The translations under genes and the position numbers were made by a program. A stretch of DNA of 64,000 nt from Piromyces finnis finn (lineage: Eukaryota; Fungi; Neocallimastigomycota), in the NCBI GenBank assembly GCA_002104945.1, contig MCFH01000051.1, forward strand, positions 186,001 to 250,000, given 5' to 3'. The notes below the pieces were generated by a model, which worked only from the letters and a program-made list of their open reading frames with translations, was not told the DNA's origin and did not search any database. How positions within the stretch are numbered: the first letter of the stretch is position 1; the number at the start of each line of letters is the position of its first letter. This document shows positions 56,201 to 64,000 of this stretch, in pieces.

Positions 56201-56368
56201 ATAATATTCTATATCACTTCATTTTTAATTGCTTATAAAGATATTCATACTACAAATAAAATATTAAATGAATTAGTAAATATTATATTTATTATTCCAC
56301 AAAGTACTATTAATATGATTCCTCAGTTTAAGAGATTCATAGAAACTGGAAGTTTTGAAGAAGAATAA
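49292..56368 (+). CDS. Large multi-exon polytopic membrane protein, TmcB (tiny macrocysts B)-like; 5' exon structure uncertain
   Basis: Spliceable exons from MNNNLQLLNDDNSPTKKK|ISLYALMFTIS...LLQ|GFIALDNVQFSIF through YVNPTPFKKTNPL...|STLVIVLKVYLGNMTKYIC...QPYYNKYINYIRAG, a helical region (FELACRFIW, LLYEIRE, LIENYPDEK|STYQLYSLFMKDVM) and further TM pairs, ending LVNIIFIIPQSTINMIPQFKRFIETGSFEEE*. Frame could not be resolved at ~50250-50990. Confidence 0.6.
50136..50223. repeat. (ATT)n microsatellite, probably intronic in the TmcB-like gene
   Basis: Directly visible. Confidence 0.9.
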
Positions 56369-56400
56369 AATTGTACCACATATCTATTTGCTTCAACTTA

Positions 56401-56583
56401 ATATTATTATTTTGTAAATAACATTTTAGCTATAATAATAATAATCAATTATTATTATTTTGTAAATAACATTTTAGCTATAATAATAATAATCAATTAT
56501 TATTATTTTGTAAATAACATTTTAGCCATTATAATAAAAATCAAATATTATTATTTTGTAAATAACATTTTAGCCATTATAAT
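56401..56583. repeat. 48-bp minisatellite, ~4 copies, just 3' of the TmcB-like stop
   Basis: tgtaaataacattttagc core with G at 56414, 56462, 56510, 56558 (48-bp period). Confidence 0.92.
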
Positions 56584-57665
56584 CTTATGTATTAAAAAAT
56601 ATCTTTTTTTTTTTTATTTTTTATATAACAAAGAATAATTTTTTAATATAAAAAAAAAACATATTATAATTACATATTTTTAAGCTACAAATAATTATAA
56701 TTACATTAATACAAAAAAACATTAGCCATAATAAATTTTATATCAAAATAAATAAAATTATAATTACCTTAAAATAATAGTAATAAAATTTGATAAATTA
56801 TATTTATTATTTCTTTTATTAATAAAATACAATTAATTTTAAAATTTTATTAATGACTAAAGTTTTAATAATGTAATAAATTAACTTTATTATATGAAAA
56901 AATAAATGTAGATCTTACATGGTCAAATATTATAATACGTCACACAAAATAATTAAGTTAGATAGTTAGAAAATCAAAGGTTTTAATATTTAAAGATTTT
57001 TTTACAATAAATTTCTCTACACTTTATTTTATTTAAATATAATAGGTTTTTATTGAAGTTGAATAAAAGTTTCTTCATTTGTATTTACATAGAATCAATT
57101 ATAATAAAAAAATCATTAATAATTGAATTAATTCCTTATAAATTTATTTATTTAAATGTTTTTAATTATTACTTGAATTTCTAATATTTATAAAATATAA
57201 ATTTAATTAAATAGAAATTAATTTGTGGCTTATGTTAAATTTCATTATTTAATGGGATATGTTACACAAATCATAATAATGTTTACAATATAAATAAATA
57301 ATATTTAATATAGAATTTAAAAAAAAAAACTAATATTTATATAATATGATATATGTGATTTGACCTTAAAAATCTTTCTACAAATGGTTAAAACGGTTAA
57401 AACAATAATGATATTATATTAATAATATAAAATCTAATTTTAATATTAATTAAATTATAATTAAACATTATTTCCCTTATTTTATTCGAAATGAAATAAG
57501 AAAGTAAAAAAAGAAACTTTATTAATTAATAAATTATAATTATTATTTTTTTATTTTTTTTTTTATATTTATTTACTTTTTTTTTTTTATTTATTTATTC
57601 ATAGTTTCAAATTTAAAATTCATTTATTTCAATTTTATAATATTGAAATTAATATATTTGAAAAA

Positions 57666-58966
57666 ATGAAAAGTTTATATTTTTTAACAGCACTATTACA
57701 AATTGTAGCTATATATGCTCAAAATAATTGTAATCCAAAATTTTATCAATGTGGAGGGTAATTATTAAAATAAATAATAAATATATACAATTTATTCAAA
57801 TATAAATTTGAATGTTCTCTATTTAATAAATAAAAAAAAATAAAGTAATAAAAAATATTAAAATTTAAATATGATTATATGATTCATATTTTAGACAAAC
57901 ATGGAAAGGATCAAATTGTTGTAATCCAGGATTACAATGTGTTAAAATAAATGATTACTATTCAACTTGTCTTCCTTCATCTTCATCATCCAATACTAGC
58001 AGTAATTACAATAACAACAATTACAATACTAATTATGGTAATAACAATATTAGTAACGCTTCAAATGTTCAAAATGCAAGCTCTAATTCTGGACCTATTG
58101 GTTATGCATCATTAAATGGTGGTACTACAGGAGGTCAAGGTGGTCAAACATACACAGTTTCCAACCAAAGTCAATTAGAAAGTGCTGTAAAGAAGAATGA
58201 AGCTAAAATTATCATTATAAATGGTATTATTAAGCTTACAAATGATATTACTCTTAACTCCAACACCTCACTTATTGGTGCTAATAAGAATTCTGGAATT
58301 ACTGGTGCTGGTCTTCATTTCAAAAATGTTAAAAATATTATCATTCAAAATCTTAAATTCAGTTACTGTGTTGGTAATAATAAAGATTGTATTAATGCTC
58401 AAAAATCAACAAATATTTGGATAGATCACTGTGAATTTTTCAATGACCGTAATCATGGAAAAGATTATTACGATGGTTTAGTTGATATTACTCATGCTTG
58501 TGATTACGTTACTATGTCATGGTGCTCACTTCACGATCACTACAAAGTCTCATTAATTGGACACAGTGAAAAGAATGCTGCTGAAGATACTGGTAAATTA
58601 CACATTACTTATCACCATAACTACTTCAAAAATGTTGGTTCTCGTCTTCCATCTCTTCGTTTTGGTACTGGTCACGTCTACAACAACGTCTATGAAAATG
58701 TTGAATCTTCATGTGTTAGTATTCGTATGAGCGCTCAAGCCTTAGTCGAAAATAATGTTTATCGTAACGCTAAAAGACCAATTTCAACAAATCTTGATAC
58801 ACCTGAAGAAGGATATGTTATTCAACGTAACAATGATTTTGGTAATACTGCTAATACTAATTCAATTACTAAAATTGGAAGTCTTAATACAGTTCCATAT
58901 AAATACACAGCTGATAATACCAATAGTGTTTACGATATCATTAGAAATAAAGCTGGTCCACAATAA
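57666..58966 (+). CDS. Pectate lyase family PL1 with signal peptide, N-terminal CBM1 and Asn-rich linker (copy 1)
   Basis: MKSLYFLTALLQIVAIYA; CNPKFYQCG|GQTWKGSNCCNPGLQCVKINDYYSTC (intron 57758-57894); GYASLNGGTTGG, NIIIQNL, NIWIDH, YYDGLVDI, KVSLIG, TYHHNYF, SRLPSLRFG motifs. Confidence 0.95.
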
Positions 58967-59837
58967 ATTAATGGAATATTTGTTATATTTTAGTAATAAT
59001 AAAATTTTTTATTAGTTTATGTTTTATATAGTTTAAATTATAACGATGAAAAATAAAAATAAAAAAAAATAATGATAATGTATACTACTCACATTTTTTT
59101 AATCAATATTTACAATTGATATAAAGATAAATGTGAAATATATATGTAATATAAATACAATATAGAAGTAATAAATATATTTATAAAACATTTTTAAATT
59201 TAAATATCCATATATAAATCAATTTTGTTTTTTTAAAGTGTTGTTTCTATGTTTAATAAGTATTAAATTTATAATAAGTTTCAATGTTAATAAAATATAT
59301 ATATATTAGATCTATACAGATAAAATTAATAGCTTTATCAAAAAAGTTACTTTTAATATTTATTTCATAATTTATTTTAAATAAACATTGAGAATTTATA
59401 TAATTTTATTATATTTGAATTTAATATAATTTTATAAATGGATTCATTATATTATATAATTAATATAAAATTTAAATTATTAAACAAGCAATTACACTAT
59501 TACTTAATAAAAAAAATGAAAAGAGAAAAAAAAAAAAAAAAACATCTTATAATTACTGGTAAAATGATAGGATGAATTAATAATTTTAATATGAATTTTC
59601 TAAATTTAATCATTTTAAAATCGCACTTTCAAAGAAATTTAAATCGTTTATTAGTTAAAATGAAAAAACTTTATTACTTGTAAATGAGTAAAATAATATA
59701 TATAATATAAAAATTAAAGGTATCCAATAACATAATTAAGAAAAAAAAAATATTATTGAAAAAAACATAAATATATAAATAGTTATAATTTTACTATTTT
59801 TTTTTTTTTTTCATAATTTTATTTAAAAAATAAAAAA

Positions 59838-61183
59838 ATGAAAACAGCTTTAATTATAATTGTAACAATATTAAATTATACAACAAGTTTAGCTGCAAAT
59901 TGTAGTCAGCCCTACTATCAATGTGGAGGGTATATAACTTGATTATTAATAATTCTAATTTTTACAACTATTTAATAATTATTTTTATTTTATAACATAG
60001 TTCTAGTTGGAATGGCTTAACATGTTGTACATCCGGTTATTCATGTAAAAAATTCAATGAGTTTTTTTCTCAATGTGTTCCATCTAATAATTCTTCCCCG
60101 GATTCTACTACCAAAAAAATAACAAAAAAGACAACAACAGCAACAAAAAAAGCAACAACAAAGAAAACTACAACAAAAAAAACAACTGTAAAGAAAACAT
60201 CAAAAATAACAACTACTAAGAAAACAGCAACCAAAACTACAAATATAATAAAAACCAAAAATCCATCAATTTCAAATTCTTCTTCTTTATCTAACGTAAA
60301 TATAACTGAACTTATTGGTTATGCATCATTAAATGGTGGAACTATCGGTGGTCAAGGTGGCCAAACATATACTGTCTCTAATCAAAGTCAATTAGAATCT
60401 GCACTTGCTAATAATGATAAGAAAATTATTATAGTAGATGGTATTATTAAATTAACTTCTGATATTATTGTTAATTCTAACACCTCTCTTATTGGTGCTA
60501 ATAAGAATTCTGGTTTTACTAATGGTGGTATAAAAATGAAAAACGCTAAAAATATAATTATTCAAAATCTTAAATTCAGTTACTGTTTAGGCAGTAATAA
60601 AGATTGTATTAATGCACAAAAATCAACAAATATTTGGGTAGACCACTGTGAATTTTTCAATGACCGTAATCATGGAAAAGATTATTACGATGGTTTAATT
60701 GATTTCACTCATGCTAGTGATTATATAACCATTTCATGGTGTTCAATTCATGACCATTATAAAGCTTCATTAATTGGTCATAGTGATACAAATGGTAATG
60801 AAGATACTGGTAAATTACACATTACATATCATCATAATTACTTCAAAAATGTTGGTTCTCGTCTTCCATCTCTTCGTTTTGGTACTGGACATGTCTTCAA
60901 CAATGTCTACGAAAACATTGAATCATCATGTGTCAATGTTCGTATGGGTGCTCAAGCCTTAGTTGAAAATAATGTTTTCCTTAATGCTAATAAGCCAATT
61001 TCCACAAATCTTGATTCATCTCAAGAAGGCTCTGTTATTCAACGTAACAATGATTTTGGTACAACTAGCAATACTAATTCTATTACTAGTGTTGGTACTC
61101 TTAATAGTGTTCCATACAAATACACTGTTGATAACGTTAATTCCATTTACAAAATTGTTATTAATAATGCCGGTACACATTAG
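59838..61183 (+). CDS. Pectate lyase family PL1 with CBM1 and Lys/Thr-rich linker (copy 2)
   Basis: CSQPYYQCG|GSSWNGLTCCTSGYSCKKFNEFFSQC (intron 59930-60000); NIWVDH, YYDGLIDF, KASLIG, SRLPSLRFG. Confidence 0.95.
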
Positions 61184-61374
61184 AAAAGAAAAAAACTTTT
61201 TTTTTTTGTAATACAATATTTTAATATAAAACATGTTTATATTAAAAGAAAAATATATATGTACTTAATATAATTTATTCATAAAATAATATATAAAAAT
61301 AAAAATATATAGAAATATAAATTTTGTAATATTTTCATTAATTCATTACACTACATTATTTCAATAACATTTAC

Positions 61375-61547
<173 letters not shown>

Positions 61548-61808
61548 GTAATAGTAATTATGTAGTAATAATAATAATTTTTTACTAAAATTAAATTATT
61601 ATAATGCAAGGAAATTTATTGGAGGATTAAAATTTTATGATAAATAAATACTAACATTTTTATAATTCCTTGAATTAAAGATCATTTGATTATAATTGTA
61701 ATAAATACATGTTTTTATATTTTTAAATAAATAGAATTTATGGAATATTTAACAAAACATAAGGATTTTTATTATAGTCTTGCACTAGTTTGGGTAATGA
61801 ATAATAAT

Positions 61809-62057
61809 TTTTTTTTTTTTTTTTTTTTTTAACTTCCGAGTGCATTTCTCCCATCGATCAGAGTTAGCTCCAATGGTGGTTCTTAGAGAAACGTTGGCTC
61901 ATTCCTATTGCTAGGTGGTTGTGACCCTCCTGGTCTGTCATACTGTTTCTTCAGCTTCGACGCTCACTTAATCCATGTACATTAGATGCATGTCGTTGTA
62001 CGATATTTCACAACTACAATGCTAAGCCTCTTATAGTCAATTTGATCACGTGTCAAC
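61809..62057 (-). mobile_element. Poly(A)-tailed retro-insertion (5'-truncated non-LTR retrotransposon or SINE) with 13-bp target-site duplication
   Basis: 227-bp body at ~43% GC (hand count) in very AT-rich flanks; T-run 61808-61830 (poly-A on minus strand); AATGAATAATAAT at 61796-61808 and 62058-62070. Confidence 0.85.
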
Positions 62058-62701
62058 AATGAATAATAATATATTTCAAAGGTTTAATATTATCAATTCA
62101 TAAGTAAGTCATCAATAAGAATAGTATTATTTATAAATTAGGATATTATTCATTAATTATAAATTATTATTATATATTATTAAAAAACAATTAGAGCATA
62201 ATGAATCAAAAATTATATTGTAAATTAATAATAATTAAAGTTTGATTAAAATCTAATAATTACTTAACATATTAAAATGATTAATAATTCTTTGAAATTA
62301 TTGGTTAGAATTTGAATGTCTTTATAAGTATTAAAAGTTTATTATTTATAATTATAATAAAAGATTCTATTTTTTAATTTATTATTTAATTATCTTTTTG
62401 GTAGTACAATATAGAATTAAACATTTTTTTTATTATTCATTTTAAAAATGGGAAAAATCCTTAAATATCTATATTGAAATTGAAATAGGAAAGAATTATA
62501 AAAGTTTTTTGTATATAAAATATTTATAATGGAGCTTTTAAAAAAAAATAATAATAATAATAATTTTATATTACTATTTTAAATAAAGAAAAAAAAGAAA
62601 ATTTTACACTAATATCACCATTATATCAATAACTTTAAAAGTGAAACAAATCAAAAAAAAGTGTTAAAAATAGTTAATAAAAAGTAAAAATATTAAAAAA
62701 A

Positions 62702-63885
62702 ATGAAATGTACAATATTATTAGCTGCATTGTCATTTATATCATCGTCTATTGTATATGGAAAAAATAATGCATATTATCAATGTGGAGGGTAAATATAA
62801 TGGCATTCATTAGTTAATTACTATATTTTAATTGATAAAAAAATAACAAAATAAAAAAAATTATAAATACCTATTAAAATACATATTATATTATATTACA
62901 TAGTGTTAATTGGAAAGGTCCAGAAGATTGTCCAACAGGTTATAATTGCAAAAAATACAATGACTTGTTTTCACAATGTGTTCCTGAAGAACCTAATAAT
63001 TTCCAAATAAAATCAAAACTTGAAGGTTTTGCTGAAGGCACTACAGGTGGATATAATGGTAAAGTTATAACAGTTACTAATCAATCTGAATTAGAAGGAG
63101 CAGTATCAGGAAAAGAACCAAAAATAATCAATGTTAATGGTATCATTAAACTTACAAAAGATATTACACTTCATTCAAATACATCACTTATTGGTGTTGG
63201 TAATAATTCCGGTTTAACTGGTGCCGGTATTTACTTCAAAAGTGAAAGTAATATTATTATTCAAAACTTAAAATTTAGTTATTGTTTAGGTTCAAGTAAA
63301 GATTGTATTGGTGCCAGAAGATCAAGCAATATTTGGATTGATCATTGTGAATTTTATAGTGATCTCAGTCACGACAAGGATTACTATGATGGTTTAATTG
63401 ATTTTAGTTATGCCTGTGAAAACATTACTATTTCATGGAATTATATACATGATCACTCAAAGGTTTCTTTAATTGGTCATAGTGATAATAATGAATCTAC
63501 TGACTTTGGTAAATTCCATATAACCTATCATCATAACTATTTCAAAAATTGTATTTCTCGTCTTCCATCTCTTCGTTTTGCCAATGCCCATATTTATAAT
63601 AATGTATATGAAAATATTGAATATATTGCTATTAACAGTCGTATGAAATCTCAGGTTTTAATAGAAAATAATATTTTCAGTAATGTTGCTATTCCAATTG
63701 CTACTAATCGTGAATCTATAGAAGAAGGTTTTGTTAATGAACGTAATAATGACTTTGGTAATAGTCAAAATAACAATTCTATTACTAAAATAGGTAGCTT
63801 TACTTCATTACCATATAAATATGAACTTACTAATGTTTCTGAAGTATATAAGCAAGTTACTCAAAATGTTGGACCAATAAATTAA
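62702..63885 (+). CDS. Pectate lyase family PL1 with 4-Cys CBM1 and very short linker (copy 3)
   Basis: AYYQCG|GVNWKGPEDCPTGYNCKKYNDLFSQC (intron 62791-62903); GFAEGTTGG, NIWIDH, YYDGLIDF, KVSLIG, SRLPSLRFA. Confidence 0.95.
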
Positions 63886-64000
63886 TTTAATGAAATTAAA
63901 TAATCGAGAATAGAATTTTAAACAATTCTATTTTTCTTAAAAATGTACCATAAATTAAAAAAAATCCGGAAATAGAAAAAGATTGATATTGATTATAGAA

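Noticed and set aside
60070-61234. Small ORFs 60070-60258 (-), 60774-60962, 60963-61211 and 61016-61234
   Set aside because: Off-frame or antisense readings of lyase copy 2.
61930-61975. Ribozyme or U3-like motifs in the retro-insert (CTGAAGA; TGAGCGTCGAAGC)
   Set aside because: No stem II followed by GAAA for a hammerhead and no U3 box C/D arrangement; short matches only.

Overview
Eukaryotic, intron-rich and extremely AT-rich DNA with long (ATT)n microsatellites and homopolymer runs. Composition, short GT-AG introns, mitochondrial-type import and Fe-S genes and bacterial-type CAZymes point to an anaerobic gut fungus (Neocallimastigomycota); this is an inference. The left ~36 kb holds mostly conserved genes: an LRR protein running off the window start, a very large Nud1/Cdc11-like LRR scaffold with an Asn-rich repeat, a DUF866/CZIB zinc protein, an Ecl1-domain protein, ESCRT-III Did2/CHMP1, U1-C, Isa2, an orphan single-pass membrane protein and Tim54. 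The right ~27 kb is surface/secreted and accessory: a likely GPI-anchored transglutaminase-like protein on a Thr-rich stalk, an intronless Cthe_2159-type protein, a 7-TM receptor-like protein, a TmcB-like multi-TM protein and three tandem CBM1-PL1 pectate lyases. The best observations are a GTATCCTTTT (U12-type) donor in Did2 intron 1, a 249-bp poly(A)-tailed structured retro-insertion with a 13-bp target-site duplication, and a candidate poison exon in the long first intron of U1-C. All gene models were spliced by eye; no alignments or searches were run, and family names come from motif recognition.
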